Part shown: positions 18,002 through 26,849 of the stretch, in pieces
How the letters are laid out: each line of letters starts with the position of its first letter
Position numbering within the stretch: the stretch's first letter is position 1
Origin: Dehalococcoidia bacterium
Lineage (GTDB): Bacteria; Chloroflexota; Dehalococcoidia; Lucifugimonadales; UBA3495
DNA: 64,000 nucleotides
Direction of reading: 5' to 3'
Assembly (NCBI GenBank): GCA_965224325.1
Contig: CBDCYT010000008.1
Location: 5,455 to 69,454 of the forward strand
Position numbers and translations under genes: made by a program
Notes under the pieces: generated by a model
Seen by the model: the letters and a program-made list of their open reading frames with translations, nothing else
Database searches by the model: none
What the model was told of the DNA's origin: nothing

Positions 18002-18109
18002 ACAGTACGGCCGAACGTGACCACTCTGCCCGCCTACGGCTACCGCCGAGGCAGGCAGAGGCGGCCGGGGATTGCGCAGGAGCTCCCGTCGGTCCACCAT
18101 GGAGGCGCC

Positions 18110-18751
18110 ATGTGCGGGAGGTACAGCCTCACAGCCGACCTTGGGGAGCTGGCCCGGCGGTTCGAGTTCGACGGCGACCGGTTGGCCTTCGAACCGGCCT
18201 ACAACGTGGCCCCTACCCAGGACGTCCTGACCGTCGTGGGAAGCGAGGCGAGACGCGGGGGCCTCATGCGCTGGGGGCTGATTCCCCCGTGGGCGGAGAG
18301 CGCCTCCATCGGCAGCCGGATGATCAACGCCAGGGCCGAGACGGCGGCCGGGAAGCCCGCCTTCCGGGATGCACTGAGACGGCGGCGATGCCTCGTGGCG
18401 GAGGACGGCTTCTACGAGTGGTAGCGAGTGGGGCGAGTCAAGAGGCCCATGCGCGTCGTCATGAGGTCGGGGGAGCCCTTCGCCTTCGCAAGGCTTTGGT
18501 CGGTGTGGAGAGCCCCGGAGGGCAACGCCGTCCCTTCGTGGGCTATCATCACCACCGCGGCCAACGACCTGCTCCGGCCCATCCACGCCCGGATGCCGGT
18601 GGTGCTACCCAGCGAGATCGAAGGGCTCTGGCTGGACGCCGGCGTCCTAACCCCCTATCCCGCCGACGCCATGGAGGCCTACGAGGTCTCCACCCTAGTC
18701 AACTCCGTGGCCAATGACGGCCCGGAGGTCATAGAGGTAGCGGGGCCCTGA
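18110..18751 (+). pseudogene. SOS-response-associated peptidase (SRAP/YedK family) interrupted by an in-frame TAG
   Basis: It begins MCGRYSL (catalytic Cys2), then ...NVAPTQ...GLIPPWA...INARAETA...DGFYEW, then TAG at 18422..18424. The same frame continues RVGRVKRPMRVVMRSGEPFAFARLW...HARMPVVL. The two ORF-track pieces (ending 18424 and starting 18428) share one frame. Confidence 0.85.
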
Positions 18752-18887
18752 CCGGCACAGTCCGCGCTGATCGCACCCGAGGGGAGGAGGCGCAACGCTT
18801 TCGCCAGGGGCAATATCCAATCTAGGCCGGCCGCCCCACGCTCCGGCATTGCCCAAAGTTCCCCTGCGCCGCAGCGTCCGGCTGTAG

Positions 18888-19550
18888 TGTCAATAGCAAG
18901 CATCGTTAAGCCCGTGTCCGGCCCGTGCAGAGGCGACTAACTGGTGCGGGCGTGCCGGGGTGCGTATGCTCATGGCGAGACGTGTTGCCTGGACGAAGAC
19001 CGAATAAACGTTGGTGCAGATTGCCCGTTAGCAAGCATGGTCCGGGAGTCTTGCGACTATCATTGGTGACGCCCGGCCAGAGGCGATCCCGTTCGGGAGA
19101 CTGTGCGTTGTCAATGACTCCCTCCGGCGACACGCCTACACGGTAATCGTGGAGGGAATAATGAGCACAGGCCAGAGCAGCACAAACCAGCGGGGCTGTC
19201 CCAGCTGAACCTAAACGCGGCGGGCATCGACGTGGGGGCCACCAGCCACTATGTAGCGGTGTTTGCCGACCGCGCGGAGGGGCCGGTGCAGGAGTTTGAG
19301 GCTTTCACGACGGACCTGTACCGTTTGGCGGACTGGCTGGCCGAGTGCGGCGTGGAGACCGTAGTCATGGAGTCCACCGGCGTGTACTGGATACCCCTCT
19401 TCGGGGTCCTGGAAGAGCGGGGCTTCCAGGTGATGCTGGTGGACCCCAGACGCATCAAGAACGTGCCCGGTCGCAAGACCGGCGTGGTGGACTGCCAGTG
19501 GCTCCAGCAACTCCACACCTACGGCCTGCTTTGCGGGGCTTTCCGTCCGG
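18888..19550 (+). mobile_element. IS110-family element, 5' fragment (copy 1): ~270-bp non-coding left end plus a frameshifted, 3'-truncated DEDD transposase
   Basis: ATG at 19161 opens MSTGQSS..., then the frame breaks because an A-run is 1 nt shorter than in copy 2. The next frame reads AGIDVGATSHYVAV...VVMESTGVYWIPL...MLVDPRRIKNVPGRKTGVVDCQWL (DEDD_Tnp_IS110 N-domain) and ends near 19550. Positions 18888..19332 are near-identical to the reverse complement of 37134..37578. Confidence 0.8.
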
Positions 19551-20297
19551 TAGCGCTCAGTCCTAGGGCTTCTGACCAGGTCAATTTCCCCTGGCCCATC
19601 CAGACTTAGCAAGCCGTCTGCCGGGATATCGCCACTCTCGACGATTCTTACCTTCCAATCTCCATGGCGCACTCCGGCCCCACGCACGGAACGAGCCAAG
19701 CCTTGGAAAACATACGCAGTCTCGGAAATGGAAGGTATCTAACCCACTCCAATCGCGAGGTCATATAAAGTCAACACGCACCATTGTTGAGTTACGAGCG
19801 AAAGCGGGAGTACACTGTAGCCGCACATGACATGTTGGGGGGACGATGCCTATTCCAGAATCGCAATTGAGCGAGTGGTCTGATCACGGCCCCCAGGAAG
19901 CTTCCATTCGTACCCACGAGTCCATCAGAAAAGTGTTGTCTCAATACAGTTGGCCCCCTGGGATGATATACGTGTCAATGGTGCCGAGAAATTATGCCAC
20001 TGGGGCGCCTGAATCGCGTACCACTTGCCCGATGACCTGGGGCCGTAGGCAGGTGGAGTAGCCACTGTTCTGAGAGCGAGCGGAGACAGGGTCAGTGTGA
20101 GCTGGGCGTCGTGGGGTTCTTCTGAAGCCTGCGAGGCGGCGTTCTCCCGGCTGCGCTTGAGGCAGTAGCTCTCGCCGTTCATCGGAGTTGGACGGCCTGA
20201 GATTCCCCGAAGCAACCCAGCCATATTCCATGCGGAATTGGGGGGAGTCCATATGCCAATCTTTGGGAATTATAGTGAATTTTAGCCGGGTGGCCCG

Positions 20298-20528
20298 TTA
20301 CTGGGCCAGCATCTCCGTGCATCCCTCGCACCTCGCGTCCCGGTACAGCGTCTCCGGGTAGTTGACTTCCCGCCCGCACGCGGCGCAGCGGTAGGCTTGG
20401 CCCTTGATGCTTCCGCGTGGTCGCCCGCCGTTCAGAACAACGCGGGCCAATTCCTCTGGCGTCGCGTCTACGCGCGGCGGGTACTTGCGGGCCGGGCGGC
20501 CCTTGGCTTCCTCTGGCATTTCGTACAC
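20298..20528 (-). CDS. Small zinc-ribbon protein, passenger of the IS1595 element
   Basis: The 76-aa ORF reads PPRVDATPEELARVVL ... YRCAACGREVNYPETLYRDARCEGC. It lies just inside the left TIR. Confidence 0.45.
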   Translation of the reverse strand: MYEMPEEAKGRPARKYPPRVDATPEELARVVLNGGRPRGSIKGQAYRCAACGREVNYPETLYRDARCEGCTEMLAQ

Positions 20529-20606
20529 CTCCTTCTAACTCGCCCTCCAGCCGTTAGCACGGTTCAGCGTGATAGAGGGTGCGGTTGGCGAAGTTGGGCG
20601 CGCCCC

Positions 20607-21563
20607 TTAGGCGGTTAGCCCCGCGTAGGTCATACGCTTCCCGTCCGCTCCCTGCGCCATGATGCGCATTTGCTCGGCGGTATCCATCGGGCGGCTGTTG
20701 TGGCGACCCTCGAACTCGGCAACATAGCGGCCCAGGTGCTTGACGCTCATCTGGTGGTAGACGCCCACGTAGCCGCGCTTCAACATGGCCCAATGGCTCT
20801 CTATCCCGTTGGTGTGCGCCATGCCGTGCACGTACTCCTTGGCCGAGTGCTTGACCGCTTCGTGGGGCCTGGGCAGCCCGTTGTAGGCGGCGGCTTCGTC
20901 GGTGTAGACCTGGGTCGTCGGCTGAGTGTTGAGCTTCACGAAGGCTTGGAGTGTCAGCGCGTCCGTGGACGACACGGCGGCAGTGGCAACCTGGCCGGTC
21001 TCCCGGTCCTTCATGCCCACTACGGCGGCCTTGCCCACGGCCCCGCGTCCCGCCTTGAGTTTCTTGTTGGAGTGCTTGTTCTTTTCCTTGCCGCCGATGT
21101 AGGTCTCGTCCACTTCCACCGGGCCGGCGAACTTGTCAGCCTCGACGGTCCACATTTCCCGTATCCGGTGGGCCATGTACCATGCGGAGCTTTGGGCTAT
21201 CCCCAAATCCCGGTGTAGCTTCATGCTGGAGACGCCCTTCAGATTCGTGGCGTAGAGGAAAAAGGCGATGGCCCACTTGGAAAGCGGGAGGTTAGAACTG
21301 TGGAGTAGGGTTCCGGTCTTGACCGAGAAGGACTTGCGGCATTCCTTCTCGCGGCAGCGGAAGGGCTGGGGCTTGCGGCTAGGGACTGTGGCGACGTTCA
21401 GGCTACCGCAGAACGGGCAGGCGACGGCGGAGGGCCAGCGTTGCTCCACGAACCACGTCTCCGCCTTCTCTTCGGTATCGAACTTCTGGACCGCATCCAG
21501 GAGGGTGATTCCCTTGCGGTAGGACTTGCCGGGGCCGCTTTGAGTTGACATTGCCCGCTCCAA
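20607..21563 (-). CDS. IS1595-family (ISXO2-like) DDE transposase
   Basis: The 318-aa ORF has an N-terminal zinc finger (CPFCGS...FRCREKECRKSFSVKTGT), followed by VEVDETYIGGKEKNKH and ...VYTDEAAAYNGL, as in IS1595 transposases. Confidence 0.9.
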   Translation of the reverse strand: MERAMSTQSGPGKSYRKGITLLDAVQKFDTEEKAETWFVEQRWPSAVACPFCGSLNVATVPSRKPQPFRCREKECRKSFSVKTGTLLHSSNLPLSKWAIAFFLYATNLKGVSSMKLHRDLGIAQSSAWYMAHRIREMWTVEADKFAGPVEVDETYIGGKEKNKHSNKKLKAGRGAVGKAAVVGMKDRETGQVATAAVSSTDALTLQAFVKLNTQPTTQVYTDEAAAYNGLPRPHEAVKHSAKEYVHGMAHTNGIESHWAMLKRGYVGVYHQMSVKHLGRYVAEFEGRHNSRPMDTAEQMRIMAQGADGKRMTYAGLTA

Positions 21564-21649
21564 TCACACTTGCCTTATGTGACTATTTTAGCCGAATAGA
21601 GCGGGATTGTCAAGGGTTTTAGCCGGATTATTCCTGGACAGACCTCCCG

Positions 21650-21844
21650 TTAGGTGTTGACCCCGGGGTTGGCCCCGGGTACTGCCTTGATAAGCCCGTC
21701 CAACTTGGTTTCTATGCGGTCAACCTTGGTCTCCAGGCGGTCCAGACGTTCCTCTACCCCGTCCAGCCGCTCAACAATCGGCTTCAAGGCTATGACCAGT
21801 TCCTCCCGGAGCTCCTCCCGCGTTATGTAGCTAATGGTCGCCAT
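21650..21844 (-). CDS. Small coiled-coil hypothetical protein (IS1595 passenger)
   Basis: The likely start is MATISYITREELREE at 21844. The repeat LDGVEERLDRLETKVDRIETKLDGL is present. No other motifs were seen. Confidence 0.35.
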   Translation of the reverse strand: MATISYITREELREELVIALKPIVERLDGVEERLDRLETKVDRIETKLDGLIKAVPGANPGVNT

Positions 21845-22377
21845 TCTGATGTCCTCCTCCGCTGCAGACAGGCAACTATTGTTATGACAGTATGGTAGGT
21901 CACACGGTATAACCCGCCAACCGTGCCTGTCAACCGCCCTCACCGTTCGCAATTGCGAATAGTTGAGGCATCGAGTACAATCCCCGGCGGGCAGTTGCTC
22001 TTGGGAACGGCGGCTGTGATAAGCACCGAATCCTTGCCGCGCCGCGAGGGGGCCTCCTCATATGCGAGACACCATACTGATGGTTTTCGGCACCGGGGTC
22101 GGGCTAGCGGTCGCTTGGGCGCTCATCGGCGGGACACTGCTTGGTGTGTTCTTCCTGAATATACTTAATATGGGACTTATCCCACTCTGCATATGATATA
22201 CATTGGGCACTGGGTCTGCCAACTCGGATTTGGTCGATCGCAATGTGGGGCGGCTGGGGCATCGCCTGCCTTTTCTTCGTGGTTTTCACCGTAGTCACGC
22301 CCTTGGGAGCTGCGGTTGCGCTGGCGAGGACGCTGGTGAGCAAGGAGTGATAGCTTTGACAATAGGAGACGGACGAC

Positions 22378-22593
22378 ATGGCTACTGAGGATGGGTTCAC
22401 TAGAGAGGCTACAATCGCGTTCTTCGACGTGGTTGGCAGGGCGGCCAGGCAGATACCGGACGAACACCGCGACAGGATCATTGACCTAATCGAGGAAACC
22501 CTGCGCGATGCCTACGAGTCTGCCCCGGACATCCGGGAAGATGTAATAAGGCTTCACGTTAGATTTGTATCTGCGCTCCTTGGCCCTACGTAG
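22378..22593 (+). CDS. Hypothetical 71-aa acidic protein (IS1595 passenger)
   Basis: It is an ORF only, with ordinary composition and no recognised motif. Confidence 0.3.
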   Translation: MATEDGFTREATIAFFDVVGRAARQIPDEHRDRIIDLIEETLRDAYESAPDIREDVIRLHVRFVSALLGPT

Positions 22594-22765
22594 GCCGCCC
22601 CTCCCCCCGGCGGCGAGTGCTGGCCCGCCCGTCGGCTAAAATTCACTATAATTCCCCAATCTTTACGCCCATTATCAGAACCCCACACTCCTCAATAGTC
22701 AGACGGTTGCCGGCCCTGGCCCTTACGAAAGCGACCCCTCGTTTTCCCAACCAAGAGAGTGTCCA

Positions 22766-24076
22766 ATGAAAGTCCTGCAGGTAATCCACGGCTACCCTAT
22801 GCGGTACAACGCCGGCTCCGAAGTGTATACCCAGGGCCTGGCCCAGGCGCTTGCCGAACGCAACGAGGTGCATGTGTTCACCAGGCAGGAGAACGCCTTC
22901 CTCCCGGAATACGCCGTTCATCAGGAGACCGATCCGGCAGATACTCGAGTCACTCTTCACGTTGTCAACATGGCTCGGGCGCGTGACGGTTTCCGCCACC
23001 CGGCGGTGGATGATGCCTTCGCGGCGGTCCTGGACCAAGTCCAGCCCGACATCGTGCACGTCGGGCATCTGAATCATCTCTCGACCTCTCTCGTGTTCAC
23101 AGCCCGCGACCGCCGCATCCCGGTGGTCTTCACCCTTCACGACTATTGGCTAATGTGCCCGAGGGGACAGTTCATCCAGATGTACCCCAAAAACCCTTCG
23201 GATACCTGGGCCGTCTGCGACGGTCAGGACGACAGGAAATGCTCCGTGCGTTGTTACTCGCGTTACTTCTCGGGAAAGGCAGATGAGTACGAACTGGATG
23301 CGGCTCACTGGACCGGATGGGTCGGACGGCGCATGGCCCACGTCAGAGAGGTGTGCGATTCTGTGGACGTGTTCATCGCTCCCGCCATGTACCTGTTGCG
23401 TCGTTTCCGGGATGATTTCGGAATCCCAGGAGAGAAACTCGTCTACCTGGACTACGGGTTCCATCTAGACCGACTGGGTGGCAGGAAGCGACTCGGGGGA
23501 GACCCGTTTACTTTCGGGTATATCGGGACCCACATACCGGCAAAGGGAGTGGACCTCCTGATCAAGGCGTTCGGCAGCATGCCTGGTGAATCTCGCCTTC
23601 GCATCTGGGGACGCAACCGGGGTGTGGAGACCGACGGCCTCATGGCATTAGCCCGAGACCTGCCGGGAACCGCCGCCGGCCGCGTCGGATGGATGGGCGA
23701 ATACCGAAATACGGAAATCGTCCCCGCCGTATTCGACCGTTGCGACGCTATTGTCGTCCCGTCGATTTGGGCGGAAAATTCCCCCCTGGTCATACACGAG
23801 GCTTTACAGGCAGGCGTCCCGGTAATCACCGCCGACTATGGAGGGATGGCCGAATACGTCCATCATGAGGAGAACGGTTTGCTCTTCAACCACCGGGATA
23901 TCGAATCCCTGGCCCAACAGATGCAAAGACTCTGCGAGGACCCCCAACTGGCCGAACGATTGGGCGGCAGAGGGTACCTACAATCGGCGGACGGCAACAT
24001 TACGGACATGCTTGAACATTGCCGCGCGGTAGAGCGCATATACGCCAATCTGGTCCACGGAGGCCCCGACAAATGA
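22766..24076 (+). CDS. Glycosyltransferase family 4 (GT-B, group 1)
   Basis: The 436-aa ORF begins MKVLQVIHGYPMRYNAGSEVYTQGLAQAL... and has a C-terminal VVPSIWAENSPLVIHEALQAGVPVI (EX7E-type region). Confidence 0.85.
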   Translation: MKVLQVIHGYPMRYNAGSEVYTQGLAQALAERNEVHVFTRQENAFLPEYAVHQETDPADTRVTLHVVNMARARDGFRHPAVDDAFAAVLDQVQPDIVHVGHLNHLSTSLVFTARDRRIPVVFTLHDYWLMCPRGQFIQMYPKNPSDTWAVCDGQDDRKCSVRCYSRYFSGKADEYELDAAHWTGWVGRRMAHVREVCDSVDVFIAPAMYLLRRFRDDFGIPGEKLVYLDYGFHLDRLGGRKRLGGDPFTFGYIGTHIPAKGVDLLIKAFGSMPGESRLRIWGRNRGVETDGLMALARDLPGTAAGRVGWMGEYRNTEIVPAVFDRCDAIVVPSIWAENSPLVIHEALQAGVPVITADYGGMAEYVHHEENGLLFNHRDIESLAQQMQRLCEDPQLAERLGGRGYLQSADGNITDMLEHCRAVERIYANLVHGGPDK

Positions 24077-25161
24077 CCGTACACTCCTATCACTCGGCGG
24101 GTTTACGACCCGCAACCGGCCAGAGCGACAGCGTGAAGCCTGGACCATGGCGAATCACCTTTGACACCAACCCGGATGACGGCAACCTCCACTGCATCAT
24201 GTGCGAGGACCATTCGCCCCATAGCACAACGCAGACCGACCGGAGGAGCGCCGGCCTCCCCAAGCGCCGCATGGACATCGGTCTGGTCCGTCAGGTCCTG
24301 GCAGATTCCAGAGGCACGCCACTGCGGGAGATAATACCGTCGACCATGGGAGAGCCGCTGTTGTACCGTCATTTCGACGAGATCATCGACCTCTGCGCCG
24401 AGTACGGAGTCAGGCTAAACCTGACCACCAACGGGACCTTTCCAAGGAGGGGAGCGAAGTCCTGGGCGGAGCGCATCGCGCCGGTGGCCTCTGACGTGAA
24501 GGTGTCCTGGAACGGCTCGACCAAGGCGACTCAAGAGAGTGTAATGCTGGGCTCCAACTGGGAGAGCGTACTGGAAAACGTCAAAACGTTCATCGCCGTG
24601 AGAGACGAGCATGCTTTCCAGGGCGGCAACCGGTGCCGCGTGACATTCCAGTTGACCTTCATGGAAACCAACTTCCTCGAACTCCCCGACGTGGTAAAGC
24701 TCGCCGCCAAAATGGGGGTCGACCGGGTGAAGGGCCATCATCTCTGGGTGCATTTCGCCAAGTTGGGCCAGCAGTCAATGCGCCGGAGCCCGGCGGCCAT
24801 CCAGCGGTGGAACGATACCGTGGACGCCGCATACCACGCCGCGGAACGGGACCGGTTGCCCAACGGCGGCAGGGTCTTACTGGAAAATATCTTCAAGCTA
24901 GATGCGACCGGCCAGGGCGAGATTGCCCAGGGAACCAGGTGCCCCTTCCTTGGAGAAGAGGCCTGGGTTGCCTCCGACGGCAGGTTCAACCCGTGCTGCG
25001 CCCCCGACGCCCTGCGCCGGACCCTCGGCTACTTCGGAAACGTGAACGAAATCAGTCTCTACGACATCTGGGAAAGCGCTCCCTACGAGGGCTTGCGGGC
25101 CAACTACATGCAAAATGCGCTTTGCCAGGGTTGCAACATGCGCAGGCCGGATGCTTCATGA
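24073..25161 (+). CDS. Radical SAM/SPASM-type protein with a non-canonical cluster motif
   Basis: The ATG at 24073 overlaps the GT4 stop (ATGA). Motifs are GEPLLYRHFDEIIDL, LNLTTNG, and a Cys-rich C-terminus (CPFLGEEAWVASDGRFNPCC ... CQGCNMR). The expected CxxxCxxC reads GNLHCIMC (24181..24204). Confidence 0.7.
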   Translation: MTVHSYHSAGLRPATGQSDSVKPGPWRITFDTNPDDGNLHCIMCEDHSPHSTTQTDRRSAGLPKRRMDIGLVRQVLADSRGTPLREIIPSTMGEPLLYRHFDEIIDLCAEYGVRLNLTTNGTFPRRGAKSWAERIAPVASDVKVSWNGSTKATQESVMLGSNWESVLENVKTFIAVRDEHAFQGGNRCRVTFQLTFMETNFLELPDVVKLAAKMGVDRVKGHHLWVHFAKLGQQSMRRSPAAIQRWNDTVDAAYHAAERDRLPNGGRVLLENIFKLDATGQGEIAQGTRCPFLGEEAWVASDGRFNPCCAPDALRRTLGYFGNVNEISLYDIWESAPYEGLRANYMQNALCQGCNMRRPDAS

Positions 25162-26849
25162 ACGACGATTGGTTGGAATACAAGATATCCTTAGATGGGT
25201 CCCACCATGTATACCAAGAACAGCCCGCCTATTTTCCAAGATTCCTGGAAGTCCTGAAGTTCCACGCGCCCGGACTCGCCCCGGTGCGCGACGCCTTCGG
25301 CGCCTATCACGTCACCCCAGACGGACATCCGGCCTACGAGTCCCGTTATCTTCGGACCTTTGGATTTTACGAAGGTCGGGCTGCGGTCCATTCCCAAGAT
25401 GGTTGGTTCCACATCCTCCCGGACGGTGAGCGCCTGTACCCGGAGACTCACGCCTGGTGCGGCAATTTTCAGGAGGGCCGCTGCCCCGCCCGCCAAGCGG
25501 ACGGCTGCTACTTCCACCTATCCGCCGACGGCTCACCGGCATATGAACAACGCTACCGGTACGCCGGAGATTTCAAGGACGGCTTCGCTGTCGTGCAGCG
25601 CGACGACGGCAATCACTCCCACATCGACTCCAGCGGAAACCTGGTGCACGGGGCCTGGTTTCTCGACCTGGATGTGTTTCATAAAAATCACGCACGGGCC
25701 CGCGACCCGGGTGGTTGGCATCATGTGGGCATCGGCGGGCAGCCGCTGTATGAGGCCAGGTTCAAGAACGTGGAACCGTTCTACAACGGGCAGTCACGGG
25801 TTGAGGGATTCGATGGGTCCCTGTTGGTGATCGACGAGTCAGGGGAGACCCTGGTCCAACTCAGGAGCCCTCTCAGGTCGCAGCTGGAAGAACTCTCCGC
25901 CGACATGGTCGGTCTGTGGAAGACCCAGGCGATACGGGCGGCCGTGGAACTGGGGGTGTTCGAGTCGTTGCGGGCGACGCCGGAAGACATAGAGAAAAGT
26001 CTCGGACTGGGGAGAGCGGTTGGGCCGAGATTGATGCGCGTGCTCACCGAATTGGGACTCACCCGACGGGTTCCGGACGGGACCTACCATCCAACAGAAA
26101 GGGGGTCCCTCCTCCAGAGGTCGCATCCTCTCTCCATGGCGGACGCGGCGTTGTTCTGGGGCGGTGAGACCTATGCCGCCTGGTCCGACGCCGCCCCGTC
26201 CCTACGGACGGGCCAATCCAGCTTCAAAAGCCTCTACGGGAAGGACTTCTTCGACTGGCTGCAGGACAAGCCGGACCAGCTGGAAGCCTGCCATCGGGCT
26301 TTTGGGGCCTACGCAAAGCATGACTACCAATCCCTGGCGGGGTCAGTGGACTTCGGGGTCCACGACCACATCCTTGACGCCGGGGGTGGAACGGGGGAGT
26401 TGACCTTCACCCTGCTCCGCGCCCACCCCGAGCTCAGGGGAACAGTCATGGACCGGCCGGAGGTGGTGGGTACAGTCAGGGCTCCGGCGGATGTCTCGGC
26501 CCGTTGCAGTTTCGTATCCGGGGACTTCTTCCAGGAGTGGGCGGTTGGTTCGGATGCCGTGATTCTGGCGAGGGTGCTCCATGACTGGCCGGATGAACAC
26601 GCCGTCAGAATACTCCGCCGCGCCCGTGATGCCATGCCAGAACACGGGGACCTTTACGTGGTGGAAATGGTGTTGGACTACTCATCGGGGGCGGGCGGCC
26701 TGTTGGACTTGAACATGCTGGTGATGACCGGGGGCGCGGAACGCACGGAAGCACAGTTCAGGGAATTGCTGGCCAAAGCTAATTTTGAAACGCGTGACGT
26801 CGTGCCAACCGGTTCCGTCAGTTCGGTAATCCGGGCCAGAGCAATTTGA
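25158..26849 (+). CDS. WG-repeat domain fused to a class I SAM-dependent O-methyltransferase (COMT-like)
   Basis: The start MNDDW at 25158 overlaps the upstream stop (ATGA). The N-terminal half has repeated (Y/F)xEGxAxV..DGxWxHI-type units. The C-terminal half carries ILDAGGGTGELT, FVSGDFF, ARVLHDWPDE and LDLNMLVMTGGAERT. Confidence 0.8.
   Translation: MNDDWLEYKISLDGSHHVYQEQPAYFPRFLEVLKFHAPGLAPVRDAFGAYHVTPDGHPAYESRYLRTFGFYEGRAAVHSQDGWFHILPDGERLYPETHAWCGNFQEGRCPARQADGCYFHLSADGSPAYEQRYRYAGDFKDGFAVVQRDDGNHSHIDSSGNLVHGAWFLDLDVFHKNHARARDPGGWHHVGIGGQPLYEARFKNVEPFYNGQSRVEGFDGSLLVIDESGETLVQLRSPLRSQLEELSADMVGLWKTQAIRAAVELGVFESLRATPEDIEKSLGLGRAVGPRLMRVLTELGLTRRVPDGTYHPTERGSLLQRSHPLSMADAALFWGGETYAAWSDAAPSLRTGQSSFKSLYGKDFFDWLQDKPDQLEACHRAFGAYAKHDYQSLAGSVDFGVHDHILDAGGGTGELTFTLLRAHPELRGTVMDRPEVVGTVRAPADVSARCSFVSGDFFQEWAVGSDAVILARVLHDWPDEHAVRILRRARDAMPEHGDLYVVEMVLDYSSGAGGLLDLNMLVMTGGAERTEAQFRELLAKANFETRDVVPTGSVSSVIRARAI

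Larger units (their letters stand above)
20265..22656 (-). mobile_element. Complete IS1595-family insertion sequence (2392 bp) carrying passenger ORFs
   Basis: The perfect 24-bp TIR GGGAATTATAGTGAATTTTAGCCG sits at 20265..20288, with its reverse complement at 22633..22656. The 8-bp direct repeat CAATCTTT lies at 20257..20264 and 22657..22664, matching the 8-bp duplication expected for IS1595. Confidence 0.9.

Noticed and set aside
16480-18424. Many ORF-track entries of 60-206 aa crossing the CRISPR array, with recurring peptides IPAWAGEP, YPRVGGGT and LSPRGRGN.
   Set aside because: They are translations of the 28-bp repeat in three frames, with a 61-bp periodicity. They are not genes.
17855-19699. 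A 243-aa minus-strand ORF antisense to the SRAP gene, and a 162-aa ORF antisense to the IS110 transposase fragment.
   Set aside because: The opposite strands carry clear family signatures. The composition is Arg/Gly/Pro-biased.
19846-20061. A 71-aa ORF starting MPIPESQLSEWSDHGPQEASIRTHESIRKVL, reminiscent of the N-termini of some nucleotidyltransferase-type proteins.
   Set aside because: The similarity is from memory only and disappears after ~35 aa, with no catalytic motif in any frame. It is probably a decayed fragment.
20130-20225. A possible IstB (IS21 helper) C-terminal remnant: ...MNGESYCLKRSRENA on the minus strand, resembling the GESYRLK tail.
   Set aside because: The match covers only about 10 residues, and nothing IstB-like lies upstream. 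This is too weak to call.
22062-22350. Two short hydrophobic ORFs inside the IS1595 element: MRDTILMVFGTGVGLAVAWALIGGTLLGVFFLNILNMGLIPLCI, and MWGGWGIACLFFVVFTVVTPLGAAVALARTLVSKE.
   Set aside because: They are plausible membrane peptides, but no clear ribosome-binding sites were seen and competing ORFs overlap them. They are mentioned only in the IS1595 finding.
24633-25157. The N-terminal 175 aa of the 738-aa ORF, overlapping the radical SAM gene in another frame.
   Set aside because: It is Arg/Pro/Gly-rich and not protein-like. A clean ATGA-coupled start (MNDDW, 25158) begins the recognisable WG-repeat domain.
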